A stretch of 64,000 nt of DNA from Candidatus Poribacteria bacterium (GTDB lineage: Bacteria; Poribacteria; WGA-4E; WGA-3G), in the NCBI GenBank assembly GCA_963663765.2, contig CAXXUA010000013.1, forward strand, positions 64,001 to 128,000, given 5' to 3'. Each line of letters opens with the position of its first letter. Within the stretch, counting starts at the first letter, position 1. This document shows positions 21,706-31,568 of this stretch, piece by piece. The translations under genes were made by a program, and so were the position numbers. The notes below the pieces were generated by a model. That model had not been told where the DNA came from and ran no database searches. It saw only the letters and a program-made list of their open reading frames with translations.

Positions 21706-22428
21706 ATGGAAAATAAGAAAACCAAGATTGACCAACTGTTACGGGATGGATTCATCTTAATAGATGGTGCGTTAACCCCAGACGAAACAGAAAATATACG
21801 GCAACGGGTGAACTACGCTCGCGAACAGGGTTGGGAAGAAGGTTTGAACGCGGTTGGCAATATGTGGTTTGATTCCTTACTGGATAAGGAACCTGACACC
21901 TACGCGCCGCTTGTTGGGCATCCGAGTGTTCGACCCTATCTTGAAGGTTTAATGGGGAAGCAGTGTCAACTTCGTAGCCTGCGCGCGCATATCAATCCAG
22001 GTCCCTATTTACAAGAATGGCACATGGATTTTTACGGTTATTGGCACGAAAAACGATACGTTGAAGAACACCCGTTCGCAATGGCTCCAGCTGGTATCAA
22101 CACTACCTACTATTTTCAAGATAATGCACCAGGTGAAGGACACCTAAAGTTTGTGAAAGATGGACACTTAAACGAACCGCCATATCTGTATCCAATGGAT
22201 CGTCCCAAATTTGAGACGTGGTGTGAATCCCAAGAACATGTAATTCTGTATCCGAAAGCGGGTGATTGCGTTGTGTTTATCAACCATATCCCACATCAAG
22301 GTGCAAAGGAACGGGACGACATGGAACGCAGCAATGTTGTTTGCCATTATCAGGTCACCCCGATGTATGATGGTGTTTGGCATGTTTCGCGTCCACGCGG
22401 GTATCAAGGCACATTTCCATTTGCTTAG
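21706..22428 (+). CDS. Phytanoyl-CoA dioxygenase family (Fe/2-OG) protein
   Basis: DGFILI, WHMD, KAGDCVVF..IPH motifs. Confidence 0.85.
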   Translation: MENKKTKIDQLLRDGFILIDGALTPDETENIRQRVNYAREQGWEEGLNAVGNMWFDSLLDKEPDTYAPLVGHPSVRPYLEGLMGKQCQLRSLRAHINPGPYLQEWHMDFYGYWHEKRYVEEHPFAMAPAGINTTYYFQDNAPGEGHLKFVKDGHLNEPPYLYPMDRPKFETWCESQEHVILYPKAGDCVVFINHIPHQGAKERDDMERSNVVCHYQVTPMYDGVWHVSRPRGYQGTFPFA

Positions 22429-22496
22429 ATGAGAATCATTCTTATTCGACGACTATTGTAACCCTATCCAGAATCAATTTTAATATGTAAAAACTT

Positions 22497-23303
22497 ATGC
22501 AAAGCATAAAGATTTTTCTATTGACTGTAATCTCTCTGGCATTGAGTTTTCCAATTAGCAGTACAGCGGACAAATTGGAAGGATTAGTCGTTTATTTTGG
22601 ATTTGAAGATGGGGAAGGTGATACTGTCACTGATTTGTCTGGTAACAGACAGCACGGGACATTAGAAGGTGACACAGACTGGACAGATGGCAAATTTGGT
22701 AAAGGTCTCAAATTCGGCGGTGAGAATGGTATTGTAAGCGTTGTTCATTCACATTACTTTGAGTTTACCGAAGGTATTACCGTTTGTGCTTGGATTCGTC
22801 CGACGTTGATTGAAGGTCCCGGTGAATGGCAACTGATAGCAGCGAAAGGTTCTGATATAGACGAGTTTTTTGAAGTGCTCTTACATCCGCAAGGTTTTAT
22901 ATGGATGGGTTGGCGATTTACTACGGGACGGGTTGCACCGAATAAGAGCTCTAACGTTGTGGTTAAAGCAAAATGGCAGCATGTAGCCGTATCGTTTCAG
23001 TCAGGAGATTGGTGGAGAGTCTACCTTGATGGCGAAAAACTGATGGATTATCCAGAAGTGGATGCGGAACTATATCCTGTTGAAGCACCACTACTACTGG
23101 GAACTGAACAACCTTTCACTTTACAACGTTACTATAATGGTGATATGGATGAGTTCGCTATTTATAATCGTGGACTGTCTCAGAGTGAAATTAGGCAAAT
23201 TCAAAGAGGTATCAAGAAAACTTTGGCAGTTGAACCGACTGGGAAGCTCTCAACAACATGGGGAATCCTTAAGCAAAAAGGTATTCGCAGTGTGCCAAAT
23301 TGA
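22497..23303 (+). CDS. Secreted LamG/concanavalin-like protein with AVEPTGKLSTTWG tail
   Basis: GKFGKGLKF, WQHVAV, YLDG, GDMDEFAIYNRGLS. Confidence 0.9.
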   Translation: MQSIKIFLLTVISLALSFPISSTADKLEGLVVYFGFEDGEGDTVTDLSGNRQHGTLEGDTDWTDGKFGKGLKFGGENGIVSVVHSHYFEFTEGITVCAWIRPTLIEGPGEWQLIAAKGSDIDEFFEVLLHPQGFIWMGWRFTTGRVAPNKSSNVVVKAKWQHVAVSFQSGDWWRVYLDGEKLMDYPEVDAELYPVEAPLLLGTEQPFTLQRYYNGDMDEFAIYNRGLSQSEIRQIQRGIKKTLAVEPTGKLSTTWGILKQKGIRSVPN

Positions 23304-23386
23304 CAGATATTGTTAGTACATTCATTGATGCAAGACTGCCAATTTGACCTATTATCCAACCAAACTTGTTATTATTAGGTATAAAA

Positions 23387-23403
23387 GTTGGCATAGATAT
23401 TGC
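23387..23403 (+). promoter_or_regulatory. Putative sigma-54 promoter (orphan copy)
   Basis: TGGCA-N6-TTGC; 17-mer identical to the site upstream of dnaK. Confidence 0.55.
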
Positions 23404-23417
23404 GTTATATATTTAAC

Positions 23418-23875
23418 ATGATTTTCGCACCACTTGAAGGATTTCGGCACGTTGAAGTAACCGACACATGCACAAGTATTGATTTTGATCATATCTGCCG
23501 AGATTTAGTTGATGTTTATTTCCTTAATGCTGATAAGATCATTCTTGTTTGCGATAATCTCAATACTCACAAGTCGACTTCGTTGTATAAAGCTTTCCAA
23601 CCAGATCAAGCCAGGCGAATTGCCGAAAAACTTGAGTTCCACTATACACCTAAACATGGAAGTTGGTTGAATATGGCTGAGATTGAGTTATCAGTGTTAT
23701 CCAGGGGTTGTCTTTCAAGGCGTATCCCCGGCCAAGAAACTTTAAAGCAGGAGATCCGTTCATGGCAACCCCGTAGAAATGAATAACGAACAAGTATGAA
23801 TTGGCGATTTAGAACAGATGATGCGCGAATAAAACTCAAACGACTATACCCATCTATTAGCGATTGATTGAACAC
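23418..23875 (+). pseudogene. IS630-family transposase C-terminal remnant
   Basis: DNLNTH, YTPKHGSWLNMAEIE, then a stop and WRFRTDDARIKLKRLYP. Confidence 0.85.
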
Positions 23876-23987
23876 TAGTGCATATCTCATAAATATATTT
23901 TTTTGATTTAACGGGCGGGGAAACCCCGCCCCTACGATGTTATCCAAATAGGACAATCCAATAATTGGATTTATGAGATACGCTCTA
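23876..23987. mobile_element. MITE with TAGAGCGTATCTCATAAAT-type TIR enclosing a GGGCGGGGAAACCCCGCCCCTAC palindrome
   Basis: Imperfect TIRs; the same end also occurs at ~11719. Confidence 0.65.
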
Positions 23988-24080
23988 CATACAATGACTT
24001 GTGCCAGTTAACAGATTGTTTTGTTGGTTTTCACATATATTCGCATTAGTGCTATAATCATATCGTCCCTACGGGACTAA

Positions 24081-24459
24081 GTGGTTTTCTTGCTAAGTAT
24101 TTGTTATATGTTCCCATTGACGATCTTCTACTTAAACAGATGACGACTGGGTTCTTCAGCATTGAAATTTTATTTTATGCTAAAATTAATTGCCGAAAGA
24201 ACCACTAAGTGGTTTTCTTGCTAAGTATTTATTATATGCAGGACTTACGCAGTTTTCATGATCCAATCAAGAATTAAGACGAAAACGATGTAATTTTCAG
24301 CATTTTTTGGTTTCCGGCGCGCTTACAAAGCACGCCTACCGTTGGGTGCATAAGTTCTGATATGTTTCCATTGACGATCTACTACTTAAACATAAGACTA
24401 CGGGGTTCTTCAGCATTGGACTTTTATTTCATGCAAAAATTAATTGCCGAAAGAACCAC
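24081..24459. mobile_element. Two tandem MITEs (GTGGTT...AACCAC; 24081-24205 and 24209-24459) separated and flanked by TAA
   Basis: Direct duplication; an empty host allele exists at ~16050-16075. Confidence 0.8.
24239..24359. mobile_element. MITE family E (CAGGACTTACGC TIR, 121 bp, 5-bp TSD); copies at 24906-25088, ~28362-28484, 45660-45851, 46030-46292 and composite ~54528-54882
   Basis: TSD ATATG here and AAATG at 45655/45852; shared internal sequence. Confidence 0.88.
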
Positions 24460-25217
24460 TAAAGAGTATGTCAATATAAGTGAAATCACAATAATACACT
24501 TTTCTTATGTGTAGAAATATGTTGCAATCAGTTCTTTAGTACAACTCGTTACATACAAGAACAATGTATTATTGATACTATTGTTTGGACAATTTTATTC
24601 ATAAGTTGATAAACCTTATCAGGATACAATTGGCATAACGGAAGTCCTCTTTGCTCCAGCGGAACAATATGTTTATAGTAGCATAATGAACCGACATGTC
24701 CGTTCCAGCGGAGCGGTATGTGATTTCTAACATAGCACTTCGCTCAAGGGCAAGAAGACTTATATACAATTTTCTATAACATAACACTCTGCTGGAGTGC
24801 GTCGTTTTACTTGAGGTTGCCCTTATAAGTAAATTTGTAGAAAATAGACTTCTGGTTGATAACTCTACAAGAAACTGATAGAAAATGTCCAAACTATAGT
24901 AAATACAGGACTTACGCACTCAACGGTAGGCGGGGAATGCCTAAAGAAGCATGCGCGTGTGGCATGCTCCATGATTCATACCGTTGATTTGGTGCTTTGT
25001 AAGTGCGCTGGAAACCGGAAAAATGCTGAAAATTACACCCATTTTCGTCATAATTCTTCATTAAAACATGAAAACTGCGTAAGTCCTGATATATTAAAGT
25101 GAGATCGCGATATAAGTAATTTGGGAGAATAGTTGCAGTTAGGAAACCGCATCCGCCGAATACCACACGGGGAATGCCTAAATGGCATTGGTCCCGTCTA
25201 AAAATATGAGGACAATT

Positions 25218-28200
25218 ATGAAATTCAAATGTTTGTTTGTTATGATAATTGCGCTCTGGACTTTTTTGCTTCCTTGTTTTGCCCAGAAAGATACACCGGA
25301 AAAATATATAGTAAAACTGGTCTATTTTGTTGCAAAAGACCGAAAACCTCAAAAGGAAATAGATACTAAGATCAAAAAAATACTGAAGCGTGCGCAGAAG
25401 TTTTACGGCGACGAGATGGAAAAGTATAGGTATAATAGAAAAACCTTTAGACTGGAAACTGATACAAACGGAGATATAGTGGTGCACCATGTAACTGGAA
25501 AAAAAGATAGCACACAATATCAGAAAAAACCTTATGAAGTGTTTAATGAATGTGCAAGTAGGATTCAAACGCCAAACACGATCTTATTTGTTGTGCTAGA
25601 CCATGGTAGTCGTAGAGTAGCTGGTTATTATGGCGTGGCTTATGCAGGAGAGCGTATACTGATCCCAGTGTCGGGAGGCTGGGAGGTCGCTGCGCATGAG
25701 CTCGGACACGCTTTCGGATTACCACACGCTCTCCGTGATGGTAGACCTAGAATGTCCTACGGAAAATGTGCAGCAGCATGGTTGGATCTCAATCCCTATT
25801 TCAATGGCGGTAGAATTCGTGAGGTTGAAAGAAGGGTAAAGGTTGAGATGCTTCCATCTTCTATAGCATATCCACCAGATAATATGCATCTCTTTTTTAA
25901 GATAACGGATCCTGATGGACTCTATCTTGTCCGATTTCGACACGCTAATCGACTTATGCATAGTTGCCAGTCTATATCCGGAGATCAGGCAATCGTCCAA
26001 TTCAATACCTCAAAAGTAATGGGTAAAGGAGTCAATGTTGCAACCGTTGATCTCAATGGAAATGCAAAGAAGTTAGGTTTGTTTTCATTTGACAATATTA
26101 AGCCGAATTTGATAGTAGACATTTCTGGTGAGGTCATAGATGCGCCAGATCAACACTATAACAACATTCGGGGACCATGGCTCTGGATGATCGCGCCAAC
26201 GAAACAAAATCAAGGTGGAAAGGATTCAACTCATATTGATTCTTTAGTCGTTGTCAGTGCAGATACGGTTAACGAAGGAACTATATCTAAATACGGGGCA
26301 AATGAAGGAGACACCGTAGGAGAGTATAAGTGGACACTCGGTGAAATTCCTGCAAATGGAAATATCAACACGATGCTCACAAATATAGGCATGACAGAAA
26401 ACACCGATCTCGACGATTTTACGTCTTATGCACTCACCACACTTGTATCCAAAACAGATCAACCTAATGTGAAAATGAAAGTTGGGAGTGACGATTCTAT
26501 CAAAGTTTGGCTTAACGGTGAAGTCGTTTTTAGTAACGCAACAAACCGAGTCTATAGGAAAAACGATGATGTTTTCCCAGTTAACCTGAAAAAAGGTGAT
26601 AATCTCCTGCTTGTGAAGGTTAGTGAGCGACAAGGCCCCTGGGGCATGCATGTTGGCGTGGCTGCTGAGATATTCCCTGTCTATAGAGTTCCAACGACTA
26701 CCTCTGTTTATGGTCCTGCCTTAGCAGCGGTATGCAATTTGACACCTGAAATGAGCAATCCAAGCGCAGATATTGAGTATATCCTTACAGTGATAAACAC
26801 TGGTAATACAAAGGACACAATAAAATTGGCAATATCAGGCAATACCACCTATCTACGTGGTAAGAAGGAACTTGGTGACAATGATGTATCGGTTGATACG
26901 ACATTGAGTCCAGTATCTGTATCACTTGCTCCCGGTGCTTCTTCAAAAGTGACATTGGTGGTTCCGGGGTTTGTGCGTGCTACTGCTGGCGATTATGAGA
27001 TCAAAGTCACAGCCACTTCAGAAAGCGACATCACAAAAACCGCTCAAGTCACAACCACCGCCACCATTATACCTGTTCACGGTGTCGCTTTAGCAGGTGT
27101 GGATGACTTGACTGCTAAGACCATTGATGTGAATGCAGATGTTAAGTACGCCCTTACAGTGACAAACACTGGCAATACAAAAGACACAATAAAATTGGCA
27201 ACATCAGGTGAGGTAGCCTCAACACTAAATCAGAAATCTGTATCACTTGTTCCCGGTGCTTCTTCAAAAGTGATATTGATGATTCCAGGCACAGCTCTCG
27301 TTACTGCTGGCAATTATGCGGTTAATGTCATAGCCACTTCAGAAAGTGATGATACGAAGACAGATCAAATCAGAACCATCACCAATGTTCACTCAGATAC
27401 TGTCCCTGATGCAGAAGATATTGTGGACCCTCCAGTGATGCCGATTTATAAAGTCTATAATAGCATTCGTGGTCCGTGGCTTTGGATGATCGCTCCAACT
27501 GTACAAAATCAAGGGGGAAAGAATTCTACGCATATTGATTCCTTAGCCGTTGTCAGTGGTAATACAGTTAATGAAAAAACAGTATCTAAGTATGGGGCTA
27601 CTAAGGGGGACACCGTCGGCGATTATACGTGGACGCTCGGTGAAATTCCTGCAAATGGAAATATCAACACGATGCTCGTGAATATAGGTATGACAGAAAA
27701 CACCGATCTCGACGATTTTACGTCTTATGCGCTTACTACACTTGTGTCCAAAACGGATCAACCTAATGTGAAAATGAGAGTTGGAAGTGACGATTCTATA
27801 AAAGTTTGGCTTAACGGTGAAGTCGTTTGGAGTCACTCAACAAACCGAGTCTATCGGAAAAACAATGATGTTTTCACAGTTAACTTGAATAAAGGTGATA
27901 ATCTCCTGATTGTGAAGGTTAGTGAGCGGCAAGGTCCCTGGGGCATGCATGTTAGAGTAAATGCTGAGGTATTCACTGTCTATAGAGTTCCAACAACTAC
28001 TCCTGTTTTTGGTGCTACTTTAGAAGGTGTGAGCAATTTAAAAACTGAGGCGACGGATGTAAGGACAGGTATCAAGTATATTTTTAAAGTCACAAATACC
28101 GGCAATACAAAAGATACGATAAAATTAGCAACATCGGGCAATATAAATGCGACGTTAAGTCAACCCTCAGTATGGCTTGCGCCTGGTGTTTCTGCAAAAG

Positions 28201-28328
28201 TGACGTTGACGATTCCGGCTACTGCACTTGCATCTGTCGGCGATTATAAGGTTAAAGTTATAGCCACTTCGGAAAGTGATAGCGCGAAAACAGACCAAAT
28301 TACAACCCAAACCACTATTAGACCTTGA
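25218..28328 (+). CDS. Secreted zinc metallopeptidase-domain protein with a duplicated GPWLW/GSDD beta-sandwich domain and NEW3-like Ig domains
   Basis: Signal peptide; HELGHAFGLPH metzincin motif; two copies of GPWLWMIAPT...VGSDDSIKVWLNG; TNTGNTKDT modules. Confidence 0.85.
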   Translation: MKFKCLFVMIIALWTFLLPCFAQKDTPEKYIVKLVYFVAKDRKPQKEIDTKIKKILKRAQKFYGDEMEKYRYNRKTFRLETDTNGDIVVHHVTGKKDSTQYQKKPYEVFNECASRIQTPNTILFVVLDHGSRRVAGYYGVAYAGERILIPVSGGWEVAAHELGHAFGLPHALRDGRPRMSYGKCAAAWLDLNPYFNGGRIREVERRVKVEMLPSSIAYPPDNMHLFFKITDPDGLYLVRFRHANRLMHSCQSISGDQAIVQFNTSKVMGKGVNVATVDLNGNAKKLGLFSFDNIKPNLIVDISGEVIDAPDQHYNNIRGPWLWMIAPTKQNQGGKDSTHIDSLVVVSADTVNEGTISKYGANEGDTVGEYKWTLGEIPANGNINTMLTNIGMTENTDLDDFTSYALTTLVSKTDQPNVKMKVGSDDSIKVWLNGEVVFSNATNRVYRKNDDVFPVNLKKGDNLLLVKVSERQGPWGMHVGVAAEIFPVYRVPTTTSVYGPALAAVCNLTPEMSNPSADIEYILTVINTGNTKDTIKLAISGNTTYLRGKKELGDNDVSVDTTLSPVSVSLAPGASSKVTLVVPGFVRATAGDYEIKVTATSESDITKTAQVTTTATIIPVHGVALAGVDDLTAKTIDVNADVKYALTVTNTGNTKDTIKLATSGEVASTLNQKSVSLVPGASSKVILMIPGTALVTAGNYAVNVIATSESDDTKTDQIRTITNVHSDTVPDAEDIVDPPVMPIYKVYNSIRGPWLWMIAPTVQNQGGKNSTHIDSLAVVSGNTVNEKTVSKYGATKGDTVGDYTWTLGEIPANGNINTMLVNIGMTENTDLDDFTSYALTTLVSKTDQPNVKMRVGSDDSIKVWLNGEVVWSHSTNRVYRKNNDVFTVNLNKGDNLLIVKVSERQGPWGMHVRVNAEVFTVYRVPTTTPVFGATLEGVSNLKTEATDVRTGIKYIFKVTNTGNTKDTIKLATSGNINATLSQPSVWLAPGVSAKVTLTIPATALASVGDYKVKVIATSESDSAKTDQITTQTTIRP

Positions 28329-28502
28329 CTTCCACAGAGGATAGTAACACGAAAACCTTATCAGGACTGATGCACACAATTGTAGACGTGCTTTGTAAAC
28401 GCGCTGGAAACCAATAAAAATGCTGATAATTATATCATTTTCATCATAATTCTTGATTAAATCAAGAAAACTGCGTAAGTCCTGATATATAAGTTAATAT
28501 AG

Positions 28503-28519
28503 GTTGGCATAGATATTGC
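28503..28519 (+). promoter_or_regulatory. Putative sigma-54 (-24/-12) promoter of dnaK
   Basis: TTGGCATAGATATTGCA has the canonical GG-N10-GC spacing, about 60 bp upstream of the ATG. Confidence 0.65.
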
Positions 28520-28578
28520 ACTTTTATTATTAACAAGATTTTACATATTAACAATTTTATTACGATTTGGAGAATAAA

Positions 28579-30501
28579 ATGAGTAAAGTAATTGGAATTG
28601 ATTTAGGAACAACTAACTCGTGTGTCGCAGTATTAGAGAGTGGCGATGCGAAGGTGATTGAAAACGCGGAGGGTAATCGAACCACACCCTCAATCGTCGG
28701 TTTCACTAAAGAAGGAGAACGTCCTGTCGGACAAGTCGCAAAAAGACAAGCTATCACAAATCCTGAAAACACAATTTTTTCAATAAAAAGGTTCATGGGG
28801 AGAAAATTCAGTGAAATCGGTGATGAATCTTCCCGTGTACCTTATGAATTAAAAGGCGACAAAGATGGAGACGTTTGCGTAAATATAGACGGCAAAGAAT
28901 ACTCTCCGCCAGAAATCTCAGCAATGGTTTTGCGGAAGATGAAAGAAACCGCGGAGGCGTATCTCGGTGAAGAGGTTACACAAGCAGTAATCACTGTGCC
29001 TGCTTATTTCAACGATTCGCAACGGCAAGCGACTGCAGATTCGGGGAAGATTGCAGGCTTAGAAGTATTGCGGATCATCAACGAACCGACTGCTGCTTCA
29101 CTCGCTTACGGGTTGCAAAATGAAGGTGATAAGAAGATCGCTGTTTACGATCTTGGTGGTGGAACATTTGACATCTCTATTCTTGAAATCGGTGATGGTG
29201 TTTTTGAAGTTAAAAGCACAAATGGAGATACACACCTCGGTGGTGATGATTTTGACCAAGAGATTATTGATTGGATGGCACAGGAATTTCTGAGTAGTCA
29301 AGGGATTGATCTGCGAAATGACCAGATGGCACTGCAACGGTTGAAAGAGGCAGCAGAAACAGCAAAATGCGAACTTTCCAGCACTCTACAAACGGATATT
29401 AACTTGCCATTTATCACGGTGGATGCGAGTGGTCCCAAGCACCTTAACTTGACTCTTACGCGAGCAAAACTGGAACAGATAACAGACGATTTGGTAGAAC
29501 GTTCGCTTGCACCTTGTAGACAGGCATTATCGGATGCAGAGATGCAGCCCAACGAGATCGACGAAGTGATACTTGTCGGTGGACAAACACGGATGCCAAA
29601 AGTGCAGGAGGCGGTGCAACAGCTCTTTGGAAAAGAACCTCACAAGGGTGTCAATCCCGATGAGGTTGTTGCGGTCGGTGCAGCAATCCAAGGTGGTGTG
29701 CTTGCTGGTGATGAGGAAGTCAAGGACATTTTATTGCTTGATGTAACTCCGCTTTCACTTGGTATTGAGACACTCGGTGGAATGTTTACTCGATTGATAG
29801 AAAAGAATACCACTATCCCAACAAAGAAGTCAGAGAAGTTCACTACTGCAGAAGATAGTCAGACTGCTGTTGATGTGCATGTGCTTCAAGGGGAACGGGA
29901 ACAAGCAGTATACAACAAAACGATTGGTCGGTTCCGATTGGGTGACATTCCACCTGCTCCCAGAGGTGTCCCACAAATTGAGGTAACGTTTGATATTGAT
30001 GCAAATGGTATTCTCAATGTATCTGCTAAGGACACAGCAACGGGGAAGGAACAGAAGATCACGATTACTGCGTCTTCCGGTCTCAGCGATGCCGAAATCG
30101 AACAGATGGTGAAAGATGCGGAGGCACATGCTGAAGAAGATAAGCAAAAGCGGGAAGAAGTTGAAACACGCAATCGCGCCGATTCTTTAGTCTATGAAAC
30201 CGAGAAAAATCTGAAGGAATTCGGGGACAAGGTGGAAGATGCGACTAAGGAGAAGGTCAATGCGGGTGTGGAACGCGTGAAACAAGCACTTGAAGCGAAT
30301 AACAATGCTGAGATTAAGGCTGCGACAGATGACTTGATGCAGATTTGGCATGAGGCATCAGCGCAAATGTATCAGCAGACTGCGGAAGCTGAACAGGATG
30401 CTACCCAACAAGATGCTCCATCTGAAAATGCTGCTGAAGGCGAAGTCGTTGACGCTGAATACGAAGTCGTTGACGAGGATGAGAATAAGGACGAGAAGTA
30501 G
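28579..30501 (+). CDS. dnaK: Chaperone DnaK (Hsp70)
   Basis: [41 protein letters not shown]. Confidence 0.99.
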   Translation: MSKVIGIDLGTTNSCVAVLESGDAKVIENAEGNRTTPSIVGFTKEGERPVGQVAKRQAITNPENTIFSIKRFMGRKFSEIGDESSRVPYELKGDKDGDVCVNIDGKEYSPPEISAMVLRKMKETAEAYLGEEVTQAVITVPAYFNDSQRQATADSGKIAGLEVLRIINEPTAASLAYGLQNEGDKKIAVYDLGGGTFDISILEIGDGVFEVKSTNGDTHLGGDDFDQEIIDWMAQEFLSSQGIDLRNDQMALQRLKEAAETAKCELSSTLQTDINLPFITVDASGPKHLNLTLTRAKLEQITDDLVERSLAPCRQALSDAEMQPNEIDEVILVGGQTRMPKVQEAVQQLFGKEPHKGVNPDEVVAVGAAIQGGVLAGDEEVKDILLLDVTPLSLGIETLGGMFTRLIEKNTTIPTKKSEKFTTAEDSQTAVDVHVLQGEREQAVYNKTIGRFRLGDIPPAPRGVPQIEVTFDIDANGILNVSAKDTATGKEQKITITASSGLSDAEIEQMVKDAEAHAEEDKQKREEVETRNRADSLVYETEKNLKEFGDKVEDATKEKVNAGVERVKQALEANNNAEIKAATDDLMQIWHEASAQMYQQTAEAEQDATQQDAPSENAAEGEVVDAEYEVVDEDENKDEK

Positions 30502-30543
30502 GTAGCCCATTATTAACTGCATACTTATATCTAAGAGGCGTTA

Positions 30544-31154
30544 TTGAAGTCTTATAGTGAGTTTACCTTAGAATTGGTAGTTACGACATTTTAACTTGAA
30601 ACGATTGACACCGTCGGTCTGTTTTCTGACGTAGAGACGGTGTCTCCAAGTGCATATCTCACAACAGGGTTGGAGAGAAAGGCATCATTAGCTACCGTTA
30701 TCGGCACAGAGAAAGCACGATCGGAACTGATTGTCGCTGATATACTGGTTGAACTCCGCGAGTATTGTGAAAAGCGTATCAGTTTCTTCTCTGGAATTGA
30801 CTTTAACGTTGATGTAGAATCTGGTTTAACTGGTGTATGTAATTTTTTAGTAAGCCTATCACCAAACCAATTTTACTTGGAAGCACCTGTCCTTATACTT
30901 GTTGAAGCAAAAAACCTTGACTTGAAACTTGGGCTTGGGCAGTGTATCGCGGAGATGATCGCTGCCCAACGTTTTAACGCAGAAATAGGAAATGATATCC
31001 TTTGCGTAAATGGTGCCAGTACCACAGGAGTTGAGTGGGGTTGTTCCTGAAGTTGCACGGAAAGTGCTTGCAACTTGATATGTCAACCTATACGATTGAG
31101 CGATGTGACAGGATCCTCGGAATCCTCTCCAGCATGGTAGCACAAAAGGTGTGA
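30544..31154 (+). pseudogene. Disrupted conserved hypothetical protein (PD-(D/E)XK/HsdR_N-like, EKARSE..VEAK..GLGQC family)
   Basis: Internal TAA near 30592 and a frameshift near 31040. Confidence 0.7.
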
Positions 31155-31232
31155 AATAACGTTCAACATCATAGAAATAATGTTTTTGTTCACAAACCTA
31201 CAACGCACAAATAATTACAAAGGAGAATAAAA

Positions 31233-31523
31233 ATGGTTACTAAACATGATAAAACCGCCCAAAGTATTGCTGACAAGAAAGGTGCCGATTATAATAAGGG
31301 ACCAGGTCCAGATATTAAGACATCCCGTCAAACCATTGAAGTGGAAACGCCTAACACCATTGGAGATGCTGGTCGTCAACTTCGGGGACATAAAGGTCCC
31401 GTCTATGTCGCAGTAACAGATGATAAGGCTATTCCAAAGGCTTTGGATCGTTACGAAGACACAACGATTGGCGTTATGGATTCTTCAGGCAAGATCCGAA
31501 AACGTTCTACACGTAAAAGTTAG
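31233..31523 (+). CDS. 96-aa hypothetical protein, possible minimal PD-(D/E)XK fold
   Basis: AAGGAG RBS; GPDI...IEVET motif. Confidence 0.7.
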   Translation: MVTKHDKTAQSIADKKGADYNKGPGPDIKTSRQTIEVETPNTIGDAGRQLRGHKGPVYVAVTDDKAIPKALDRYEDTTIGVMDSSGKIRKRSTRKS

Positions 31524-31568
31524 TCGTAATTTGATTATATGGGGTTGCATGCAAATGTAGTTTTGATT

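Noticed and set aside
12645-23875. IS630 N- and C-terminal fragments as ends of one composite transposon
   Set aside because: No matching IRs or TSD could be identified, and the intervening genes look chromosomal
24599-25568. Minus-strand ORFs of 106 and 218 aa
   Set aside because: They run through MITEs and antisense to the metallopeptidase gene
26150-28000. Duplicated domain as a DGR template/variable repeat pair
   Set aside because: Both copies are in-frame coding, the differences do not appear adenine-specific, and no reverse transcriptase is present
28485-28578. CIRCE element upstream of dnaK
   Set aside because: No TTAGCACTC-N9-GAGTGCTAA match; a sigma-54-type site fits better
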